Origin: Narcine bancroftii
Taxonomy: Eukaryota
DNA: 64,000 bases
Direction: 5' to 3'
Assembly: GCF_036971445.1 (NCBI RefSeq)
Contig: NC_091476.1
Span: forward strand, 15,128,001-15,192,000
Positions within the stretch are counted from its first letter, which is position 1, and each line of letters begins with the position of its first letter. Both the position numbers and the translations under genes were made by a program. The notes under the pieces were generated by a model. The model was not told the DNA's origin, ran no database searches, and saw only the letters and a list, made by a program, of their open reading frames with translations. Positions 49,480 to 60,499 of the stretch are shown one piece after another.

Positions 49480-51480
49480 TATCTTTTTGTCTTTTTTAAT
49501 TTTTATAAATTTCATTTTCCATTTGCATCAAAGCATTTGCAGTATTTATCCATAACATAACATGGAAGATCTTTGGGACTTAACTGAGTTGTTTAAAACT
49601 GTGTTAAGTCCCAAAGATCTTCCATTTGATTTAATAACCCCATGAATATTGGAATTAATAACTCTTTAAATTCTTTATAAAACTCCAGAGAGAAACCATC
49701 CTCCCCTGGAGCCTTATTATTTGGTAAAATCATCAATATGGATTTGTTATTTCTGTCTTTTTTAAGCTTAACTGTGGTAAAGTAATGTTGGACAAATATT
49801 CATCTTATCTTCATCTTTCAAAGATTCTGATTTATATAATTTCTGATAAAATTTCATAAGCACATCATTAATACCTTGTGTTTTATAATATCTTACATCT
49901 ATAAACAGTCCAGGCTAAGAACCAAAAAAAGAAAAGATGAGAAAGGAAGAAAAAAGAAGGAAGATATAGAAAAACCCCAGAGGCACATGATGTTACAGTG
50001 TCTCTATCACCCTGATCTGTACAGGATGCAAAACTAGTCGCATTAGTGCCCATGACTCTGCAGTGATCAGCATCACATTCCCCACTAACTCACTCAAAAC
50101 ATCAGACCATCCCTTACTATAAGCTTATCAATAGACCTTTTAATCCATTAATCTTATCCAGTATATTAGATCATGCACAATATAGGTTAAATCTTCCTCT
50201 CCTTTTAAACTCTCTCGAAACTCTATGTATTTTCAGTTACAGCAAAACCTCTCAGTTATATAATGAATTCAAATATCTACAACCATCTGCTGATCTTTAA
50301 CAGGCAGTGAATCAGCATATACCTTTGCTTCATTAGGCTCAGTAAAAAATCTATTCCTCCCTCCCAGGACGAATACTTTCAAAACAGCTGGATATCTCAA
50401 AGCAAACACCTTTCTCTTTTTCAATAAATTTATATTTGGATAAAAGAAAATCTTATTTCCGTTGTAATTCAAAGGTTATTGTCTTTCTTTTGCTTGTTTT
50501 GCTGCGAGCTCCAATATCTTTTCTCTTACTTCATATCAAAGGAATCTGACAAGTGTTGGACAGGACCTTTGGTCAGGCTGAAGTTTAGCCCTATGGGCTC
50601 ATTCTATCTCCATACACCTTGAAATGCAGCCTGACCCAATGATTCCGGTATCCATAGTCACAGACATTTTTTCAAGTCTTGACCCTCACCACCTTCTTTA
50701 AGTCCAACAATTTTGATATTATTCTGTCTACTCAAATTTTCCAATACATCTTTTTGCAATAATTGATCATGTTTAGCAGCTGCTTCTACTTGTGCTTTCT
50801 TCATTTGATCTTTAAGATTTTAAATCTCAAATTCATTCCCTTTAATGTTTCCATCCACTATTTCAAATCTAGTGTCCACCTGTTGTATTAATCTTTCCAT
50901 CAGATCACCATTCTTCCTTACTTCTTCAGTTAACACTTCCATGGATTGTCGAAAAAAAATCTAACATTTGCTTTAATTCTACCAGAAGATAAAGCAGCAC
51001 CTTTTGCTACATTTTTCTTGCTTTTGTTCTTTCCTTTGTTTTTCCAGGTCTTCTTCTTGATCACTGGAGCCGTGCGTGTCTGGAATCTTTTTTCTAAATT
51101 TCCTCCATTCTTTTTTTGTGCTCTGCGCAGAGTCACTTCTTCACCCAATATCAGCAGCCATTGTCGGGGGGGGGGGGGGGGGGGAGACCTTGTGCTGCAA
51201 TGTCCAAGGGCTCCCCGGCTTCTGGCCTCTCTCCTTTAGAATATTACCTCACGGACAGCTCCAGGATCCTTTCTTAAAGTAAGCCTTCTCTTCCTTTTCT
51301 TGCTCAGTTTCTTGTACCACAGTAAGGCCTTTATCCTTCTTTGGTGGCATTGTTGACGTCTTCTATGTATCTTCAGATAGTTATATTTTCTGTAATTTTT
51401 ATAACCTTTTTTGTCAGTTTTTATCCACTTTTTTGAAAAGAGCAGGGATCATCAGCCTAACCCCACGTCATCACATGGCA
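49480..51480 (-). mobile_element. Internally deleted L1-clade element (5' UTR, ORF1 remnant, small ORF2 piece) inserted in the Penelope copy
   Basis: ORF1 start MPPKKDKG (~51350), LENLSRQNNIKIVGLKEGGEG, KIFFYP..FALRYPAVLKVF. ORF2 piece NNKAPGEDGFSLEFYKEF (~49700). A-rich 3' end near 49490. Confidence 0.8.
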
Positions 51481-52689
51481 TGCTTCTCCCCCCCCCCCCC
51501 CCCCCCCCACCACCACCCGTATATCTATCTGTTGATTGTCTTTTATTTCCTCTGGATGCTGTATTGTCTGAGTTTCTCCTGAACTTTTGTGCATTGCACT
51601 GGATCCCAGCATCTGCAAATTTGCTTGTATAACTTTATATGCATTTTCCAATTGTCTACAGTCACATCTAGTGCGTGTTGGTCTATTTTCCCTTCCCAAG
51701 TAATTGTATTAGTCCAATTGAAATGAGCCAACTCAGCAAAACCCAAGATTATTATTTCCACTCTCAACACCACTGGGAATCCTTGGGTTCTTTGCTGGCC
51801 CTCTCCTACTGCAGGCATCTTGGCAAGGCACCGTATTCAAAAATTACAGAGTTTATGAGTGAGATCATGCAAATCACATTGAGATATGGTAAACACCTTT
51901 TCTGTATTGCTGCCTTTTAGTTAATTTTATTTCTAAAAGCTGGGGCCTCATTCAAAGTCATGGAGTAATGGCGGTGTGGGATTCTAAGGGTTATGGGCAG
52001 AGGACCTGTGGACTTGCTGTTTGCATACAACATTACACACCGCCCAACATTGCACTAGTTTTTATTTTAATGCTTGATTTTGCAGGCAATTTGACAGCTG
52101 CCTCCTTCAGTATAAGTATTCAAGGCTCACCATATAATTGTCTGGTTCCAGTTTGGCACCGTTCCTTTCAAGTTAAATACATAGACAATGAAAGACAGAA
52201 AATGGAAAGCTTCTTTGAAAAAAAAATTGCTTTTAATACATTTATGATTTAATTGAAACATTGAAAAAAACCTATTATTTATATTAGAGGCATCTTTATC
52301 CCAGTCACCATGTCAAGTGTTACTTACGAATACAATAAATGAGAAATGATGCCATAAGATCAGACTAATGTCATGATAAATAATTGATTAGCAGTTACTC
52401 ACATCTGACTCATGTAAGTGTCTTTAAAGTGAAGCTGAAATATGTACATGCACTGACAGAATATTAAACAGATGCAATTGTAAACACAGATTGTAGTAGA
52501 TTCCCTGTAAATGGATAGCAACTCTCCACTGGCTTGAAAATATCCTTAAGCTCTCAAGATTGATTTCTCTCCAAACCAACCCCTCAAGTAAAAATGGCAA
52601 GACTGCCTTTATGAAAGAAATGGTCTCAGATATGCATTCATACCATTCAAATGATACTGAGCTTTATAATAGATCATCAATTTTATGAT

Positions 52690-54010
52690 CCTGCTTACAG
52701 AGAGGAGGTTAGGAGTCTCATCGTGCGAGAATAATAATCTGAGTGTCAACATGGAAAAAAAAATGAAATGACTGTGGACTTCAGGAGGATAAATATCGAC
52801 CATTCCGCATTACATATCAATGGCTCCATCATGGAGAGAGTGGAAAGCACAAAATATTTGGTGCGTATATATACTGTAATGGATGACCTATCCTGCCTGG
52901 ATCCATACCACCTCATTAGTCAGGAAGGCACAGCTGCACCCACACTTCCTCAGGTTTACCAGCCTCCATCTTGAGAGCATATCTCCGATATCCCACTATA
53001 TCTCCGATCTGCTTATGCCCTACTCCGATCCCAAGTAGCTCAGGTTAGCTATCGCAGGACACCTGGCTGTTCCACGCACTAAGCGCACACAAAGGGAAGT
53101 CCGGGCCTTCACGGTTGCAGCCCTCAAACTGTGGAATAGCATTCCCCTGACCATTAAGCTAGCCCCCTCCCTCAACTGCTTTAAATCCAGGTTAAAATGT
53201 ACCTTCTATCGTTAACATTTTAACGTCTGAAACCCTTTGTATGTTCCTAACCTCTGACAGCGTTGCACTATTCACTGCAATTGTGGTCTATTCAGAAGAT
53301 CTTAATCAGTTGACCTGTAAATAGTTGTACTAGTTTTGATCGATTGGTTTGGTTTGAAAAAAAACGTGCTATATACTGTGTATTTCAGCATATAAATCAA
53401 CCAGGGGCTACGTCAACCCCCATTTTTCAGCATAATTTTCAGAGTTTTACATTATATCCAGCGTATAGGTCGACCACCACTTTTCAGGCCTCCCAGGAAC
53501 AACCCAAAAAAATTTTTAAATCACCCCAATCACAAGTAACAAAGCTGTAAATTAAGTAAGTAAAAAAAAAAAGCAGCGGTGAAGGCCTGTTGAGCTAGAC
53601 CAGGAACCTTGGACTACCAGGCAGGAGTGGCGACGGTGACTTCAGGGTCCCAGGTAGGAGCGGTTATGACGCTGCCCAGTGGAGGAGAGGTGGCAGGGAA
53701 TGGTGGCACTGGCAATGAGCAGGTGCTTCCAGCACCAACTTATTTTCTGAATTAACGTCAATCTTTTTTTTCCTGGTGAATTTAAGGTCTCTAAAGGATA
53801 TCTGGTGTATAAGTCAACCCCACCTTTTTGAAATTTTTTTTAGGGTTTGTCTACGGTAAATAAAGAACTTGAACATTTTGCAGGAGCACATTTGAGAGAG
53901 TCCTGTCTGGCTGCATTGTCATGTTGCATGGTAGCTGCAAAGCCTCGGAATAGAATACAGAGGATCATCAAAAGGCCCAAGATGACCACTGGGTCTCCCT
54001 TTGCTATATT
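52690..54010 (+). mobile_element. Nested cluster: Rex1-type LINE fragments interrupted by an L2-type 3' fragment (~53000-53230) and a pogo-type MITE (~53373-53857)
   Basis: EMTVDFRR...INGSIMERVESTKYL; ESCLAALSC..IQRIIK. L2-like HLAVPRTK..RAFTVAALKLWNSIP..FKSRLK. MITE motifs gcgtataggtcgacc and gtgtataagtcaacc. Confidence 0.7.
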
Positions 54011-54859
54011 GATGAGATTCACAGCATTATACTTTCCACATGTAAATCAAAGTTTGGACGTTACCCAGAGTTAAACAAAAAGAATAAAGTAAAATCATAC
54101 CAATACTACAAAATTGTCACACAAAATGCAAAACCTTATCAAGAAACATCTGTGATGAAACAAAGATTTTCCCAGGCACACCCTTGCAGACTACAAAGGA
54201 AGCTACGTTCAAAACCCGGCCCAACTCTGGAGCAATGAATTCTCCTTTTCTGATGGTGATGGTTGTCAGGGAAAGCCTGTTGTTCTGCGTCAATTACGTC
54301 ACCATTCTGACTAAACTGTCATTTCATGTTACTGAATTTTCACTGACAGAAAAGCTGGAAAATATAAAACTTCATCAGAATTCTTCAGCATTATACAGAG
54401 TGATAAATGCGTTTGGAACTTGCAATAATGGAATATATAGTTCAGAATATGCACGTTTAAGAGATGTGGTGAAACTCCATAATATTTTCAATAGTTATGT
54501 CTGTCATTACATATACATGAAATTAGCTAATTTGCCTCTGACAGTTTATTTAGTAGAGTTAACAAGCACCATTTAAAAAAAAACTTTTAGACTTCAGAGT
54601 ACATTCTCAGCGTATCTTATAAAAACGTGAAAGGTTAGCTGATTTTACTTGACTGAAATGGCGAAAGAGATACAGTAGAGGTTGTGGAGAGGGCCAAATC
54701 ACTGTCAGCAACTTTGGAATTCCATGATAGAAAGAAAATTAATTCATTGGGGATAGGGTGAGGGCAAAGGGGCCTGAAAAAATAAATTAGAGGACAAAAA
54801 ATTTCCCCGGCCTTGGAAACTCCAACATACCTATCTCTTGTCTACAAGTCGACAGAGTT

Positions 54860-55490
54860 GAAGAAGACTTTTCTTCGTGCTTGCCTTCAATCGGTCAAGG
54901 CACTAAGTACAGGAGCGTGGACACCATGTCCATAGTGAGAGCACATGGAATATTGTGCGCAGTTCTGGTCACTTCACTGTAGGAAAATTATTCTTGGACT
55001 CAAAAGGCTGCAGAAAAGATTCACAAGAATGTTACTGGCTCTGGCAGGCTTGAATCCTAAGGAGAGGCTGGATCGAGGAACTTTTCACCCTGAAGTGCAG
55101 GAGGGGATGATGGGACATGATGAATGTTTATGAGGAGCATAGGGGAGGGACATTGTCATGGTGTTTTTCACCAGGGTAAGGGGAATCTGAAACTCGAGAG
55201 CAGAGATTAATGATGGCATAGGAAAGATTTCAAAGGGATTCGATAGGCACTTTTTCTGCACGGGAGAGAGGGGGGGGGTATATGGAACAAGCTGCCATCA
55301 GAAGTGGTAAAGACGGGTACAATTGTAACATTTATAATACATATGCGCAGGTACATGGAAAAAGAAAGATTTGGATGGATGAAGACTGAATGCAGGTAAA
55401 TGGGATCAACTTGAGTCAACAACTTGGTTAGCATGGACAAGTTGGGCCGAGAAGCCCATTTCAATGCTGTTAAAATTTTATGATTCCATT
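54860..55490 (+). mobile_element. CR1 3' fragment
   Basis: HMEYCAQFWS.HCRK...LQKRFTRML, followed by a CR1 3' UTR ending gggccgagaagcccatttc. Confidence 0.85.
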
Positions 55491-57246
55491 ACTCTTATTT
55501 TTGAATCTGTATACAGTAAAAAAAAGATGTAGTTTGAAAATGACAAAATCAGTTCAAGATAAAAGGCCTCTTTTGATCCTTGAGATGTCAAAGCCAAATT
55601 GTTTGGGAAGAAGATTTACGTAATTTATTTTCTGCTATCTAATTACATTTTCTCACCTGGTTTAGCATTGAATTTTGCTACTTCCTGTGATGTCAGAAAC
55701 CTTTTCACACCAAGGCAATAGGAAATGTAAAATAGATTTGCAGTTCATACTGCAAATCAGTCTTTGAAGTCATTCTTGCATCAATCCTATCTTCATTAGG
55801 CCCTTTTATAGAGAAAAAAAATTGTGACTGTAAAGGATGATATTCTCCGCCCTCCCATCACTGAACCTACCTCCATAAATCCTCCCCACGCGGCTCCAAG
55901 ATGCTGAATCTGATCCTTCCTCAGGCTGGTTGCATAAGTGGAACAGAGTGCTCTGCCTTGCTCCTTTAAATGTACTGCCACTGCAAGTGGCTGGCTAACA
56001 GGTGGACTGATGGCCGTGATGATGTTGTCAGCCCGCAACCCAGGTCCCAGTGTTTGTAGCAGTAACACCGCATAAGTGCTGGAGGTCGGAGTGCCTCAGC
56101 ATGCCAGAGGCACAGCGCTGGGCAAAAGGTGGATCAATGGCCATCTTCATTACCCATAATCCCCCTCTGCGTTTCCCAGAGCGGTTCTAGCTGCATGCGG
56201 GATTATGGGTTACGAAGACAGCCATTGCTTGCCGTGTATATATGCTGTCATGTTGACGGGTGGTGCTATGGCACCTGTTGCCCCCGTCTCCATTGGCTCT
56301 AGAGGACGCAACGAGGCGCCGTTCTTCATAAAAGTGACGCTGCAGCAGCCTTCTCTTTAAAAAGGTAAATCCACATCTTTCTCTCTTGATGGAGCTAGCC
56401 CAAAGTGGTGCCGCTTCATAAAAACACCCAGTGTGATTCCAGTAGACCATTATCTGCAGCTGTCTCCAATCAGACACACTGTTGAAATTCAGTCCCACTG
56501 TAAAACCCACACGTTGGGTCTTTCAGAGGCCTGTGAGGGATATGAACAGTGCTGGAGCTGAGAGCTGGCAAATAATTACCTGCTTCCTGAATTCTGTGGT
56601 AAATCAACACTACCTTTAGAATTTACTGAATATTGTAATGGATAACTGTAGATTTATTACTGGATGAAAGTCCATTAAGTTTCCTTCATTGTATCTTTTG
56701 AGTGACGGAGTGGTTGTCTTGAAAAAAGCTCACACAACATGAAAGTGCGCAATATATGAATAAGAAAATGATTTGCATATGCACAGTGTGGGCTTCTCCT
56801 TTAAGCACCCAATGCTGAGCATTTTGTTCTCTGTTAAACCACATTTACCACACCTTTCAATTCAAAGCCATGTGATAGCACTTACAAGAATAGTGTTCCT
56901 TTACCTATAAAGGAATTTATCATAATTACATCGATGACCAATGTGTAATATTTCTATTATTAACGAATCTGTGATTTGATCGAAATGTTACTATTTGGAA
57001 AGAGGCAAACTACTGTTAAATTATACGTGTCTTTAATGCACCCATTCTTGCTCTCCCTCGAAGAATGGTCGTCTTGCTGGAGCATACATTTCTGTACAAG
57101 TTAATTTTTTGCTGGGCCAAAGATCACTAGTGTTAACTGGTGGGCAGCATTTTGCTCAAATTGTATTCTGTACATGTGAACCTCAGAAGAGGGTGTAGCG
57201 ATCATTAAAGCATAAAGTGCACGATGACAACTCAATTTACCACAAT

Positions 57247-57247
<1 letters not shown>

Positions 57248-57328
<81 letters not shown>
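57248..57328. repeat. (CA)n microsatellite, ~40 units
   Basis: Uninterrupted CA run. Confidence 0.98.
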
Positions 57329-57331
<3 letters not shown>

Positions 57332-58068
57332 CTCCTTAATTGAATTTCCAGTAAGGTAGCAGTTAAGTGGCTATTTTTCCGACCCTCTCACTTGGGGAAG
57401 ACAAAACCAACTGCAACATCCCATTTGTGTTGATTCTAGTGGTTTGGTATCTCCACAGTTTTGCCTCTATTTTTCATAGATGTCTCATTCCAAAGTCACA
57501 TAATACCAGAATGATTTTTTTGTTTTGTTCATTTAAAACTGGATAAATCTGGCAAAGGACAGTGTTTTTTATCCAATCCCTAGTCAGGCAAGCCATTTCA
57601 GATGACATTTAAGAGTCAATCACATATAAATCAGACTGGCTGAAGACATCAGATTTCCTTACATTTTCCAAAGATATTAATGAAACAGATGTTTTATTCA
57701 ATCTGGGATTTTTGTTATAATTTATTTTTTTTAAGATCCATGTAATTAATGGAATAAAAATTCCACAGCTGCTATAGAGGCAAAATGCTGCCCGCCAGCT
57801 AACACTAGTGATCTTTGGCCCAGCAGAAAATTGCATTTTCTAGATTACCAGCTCAGGCTTCTTGATTACTCACACAGTAAGTTGATCAGCAGTAAAACCT
57901 TTACCATTTTTTAAATCACAGGTGAAACAAATTAACTTCAAGAAGGTTAGATGACTAATTTGCTCATCCTTTGTCCTCCCCACACTTTCCTTCGATAACC
58001 AATCTGAAGGCGACTCTGCGTGGATTGGCAAAATTCATTGCCAAGGTTGGAAAAGCTGCCTCTTAGGG

Positions 58069-58430
58069 CAGTGGTTCTCAACCTTTGTCTTTCCACTCGC
58101 ATGCAACTTTAAGTTATCCCTATGCCATAGGCACTCTGTGATGAGTAAGGGATTGCTTAAGGTGGTACTTGAGTGGGAAGGGAAGGTTTAGAATCACTGC
58201 TCTAGACCCAACTGTTACTGAAATAGTTTGCTTGAGAAAAATTGTCATTGGCCCATTTCCTTTGGAGTGACATAATGAGTCAATTAGGTACGATTAAAAC
58301 AATGACTTTCAAACTTTTTATTTCTACCCACATACCACCTTAAGCAATCCCACACTAATCACAGAGCACCTAAGGCATAGGGAATACATAAAGTGGTACG
58401 TAAGTGGAAAGAAAAAGGTTGAGAACCTTT
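58069..58430 (+). mobile_element. Composite hAT (MER5-like) MITE
   Basis: CAGTGGTTCTCAACC start. Two palindromic subunits around a ~100-bp core. End ggttgagaacc. Confidence 0.8.
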
Positions 58431-58918
58431 TTGAGAAAAGGTTGAGAAAAAGGTTGCTCTAGAGGAAAAAGTGGGCTCGTTCATCATCCATAAGATCCAA
58501 ACTTTCTTTGTCTAGAACTTTGTGCCTTGAACTATTTTGAGTTCAGCAACACCCTGAATGAATTTGCATCCTCCATTCACCTGGGTGCAATGTATGCAAA
58601 TGAAGAAAGACTGAATTACAATTTTGACTTTGTTCTCACATGTAAGCAGCATTTCACAGATGAGTGTTTTGTATCATCTGGATGTGTGCAACATATCCAC
58701 AAATTACAACCTGCAGCCTGGAACCTGCACCTATCACATCCTCTTTTGCAAGCAGAGCACAGCCACTAGTTTTCATCATCCTGTGTGGAGAGCAAATAAC
58801 CTACAGAGGCTTCACTAAGGAAACATGTAAGGGTTTGGACTTCCAGCTGGGATGAGGAATCTAAACTATGAGTATTCTTCCCAGCCTCCTCAATCATTTA
58901 ATTAGATTATATCTAAAC

Positions 58919-59276
58919 CCATGGTTTTCAAACTTTTTCTTTCCACTCACATATCACCTTAAATAATCCCCATGTCATAGGTGTTCTATGATGAGTAAAG
59001 GATTGCTTAAGGTGGAATGTGAGTGGAAAGAAAAAGTTTGAAAACCACTGTTTTAATCGTATCAAATGCACAGTTTCATAACTCCAAAGGAAATGGGCCA
59101 ATGCCAATTTTTCTCAAGCAAAATATTTCAGTAACAATTGGGTCGAGAGCAGTGGTTCTCAGCCTTTTAACCCCACTCACATACCACCTTAAGTGGTATG
59201 CCATAGGTGCTCTGTGATTAGAAAGTGATTACTTAAGATGGTACGTGAGAGGAAAGAAAATGTTTGTAAACCACTG
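58919..59276 (-). mobile_element. Composite hAT MITE, inverted relative to 58069-58430
   Basis: 8-bp TSD ATCTAAAC/CTCTAAAC. Core is the reverse complement of the core in the neighbouring copy. Confidence 0.85.
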
Positions 59277-59551
59277 CTCTAAACTGTAAATAATCTCCAA
59301 TTATCATCCTTAGTTTCATTATCCGTTAATACCCATACCTAAGAATAACAAGATTGGATTCTTTGGTTCAAACTTCTACCCACCACCTCTTTCATGTTTT
59401 TAAACCAGGCTGTCAGTATTAGTTTTCAATTAGCCACTATAAAGAGTAGATTAAGTACAGAGATAGTCAAGCCCTTCAAAAGGGAGAAGCATTTTTTGTA
59501 AAAACCTGCCCTTGGGATGATGTCTAAGTCGAACTATTCTGTGTTTTCCAG

Positions 59552-59852
59552 GCCTGGAGGAAACGTTGGTTCGTGTTGCGCAGTGGACGACTGAGTGGCA
59601 ATCCAGATGTGCTTGAATACTATAAAAACAACCACTCCAAGAAACCATTGAGAATGATAAACCTCACCGAATGCAATAATATTGAAGCTGGGTTGAAGCT
59701 CAGTAAAAAAGAATTCCAGAACAATTACATTTTTGAAGTTAAGACTCCAGTTCGGACATTCTACTTGGTAGCTAAAACTGAGGGCGAAATGAATAGATGG
59801 GTGCAAAACATCAGGCTGATCTGCGGGTTTGGCTCAAGTGATGATGGAACAG
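59552..59852 (+). CDS. GAB3: GAB3-like coding exon 2, remainder of PH domain
   Basis: Acceptor tgtgttttccag at 59551, phase 0, continuing exon 1. Translates AWRKRWFVLRSGRLSGNPDVLEYYKNNHSKKPLRMINLTEC...KEFQNNYIFEVKTPVRTFYLVAKTEGEMNRWVQNIRLICGFGSSDDGT. Likely donor AG|GTACAA at 59853 (phase 1, 301 nt). AWRKRW, SGNPDV, KEFQNN and AKTE are GAB3-like. The paralog call is less certain than the family call. Confidence 0.92.
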
Positions 59853-60499
59853 GTACAAATTAAAATGATTGCTGAATTATTTAATGTCTGGAGTGTTGAT
59901 GAAATGACATTGGCTACAAAACAACTTTCTACTTGAGTCAAGAATATGGGCTTGAAGCCAGCCTGTCCAACTCCCATTAGGAATGGCAAAACTCGAGCAT
60001 GAAATCTAAGTATTATCAGCGAAAGTTCTTTAGCCAAAGTCGCAGTCACTCTGGAATTCACTTGTGGAATTTGTGTAATTTCTGGAGTTTGTTTTCAGTT
60101 TACCATTCCAGCATGTACCAGGCTTTTCAGTTGTCCTTACATTCAGCCACACAAGTCTGTCTTGACAACTGACCTCATTCCTGTCCATAATACGAACATT
60201 TCCACTAATTTTTTTCTCTGCAATGGTGAATGCAGAGCATTTTAGAAAGCGGGGGCACTTTTTTGTGCGTCAAGTTTTGTTGGTAATATTTCCTTTGTTT
60301 AAAGGTTGTGGAATGTTGCATTTTCAGAGTTTTTGAAAGCTCTGGTATATTTGGCTGCGAGAGGGGAATCTTTTGACTCCCTTCATGAATGAGATGAATT
60401 TGCATTGAATTTCCAAACTGGTCAAGTTCAAAGAAGGAAAACAAAACTGCTGCAGTTGGAAAGTTAAAATTAAAAACAAACACTAGAAATCATTGAAAG

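Larger units (their letters stand above)
9226..59551 (+). other. GAB3-like intron 1 (~50.3 kb)
   Basis: GT..AG boundaries join exons 1 and 2 in frame (KRY|AWRK), as in GAB genes. Filled with TE remnants. Confidence 0.88.

Noticed and set aside
57101-57328. ORF MCVCVCV...
   Set aside because: Translation of the (CA)n microsatellite.
59573-59863. Stand-alone 96-aa ORF as given in the track
   Set aside because: It is an internal exon. The true boundaries are the splice sites at 59552 and 59852.
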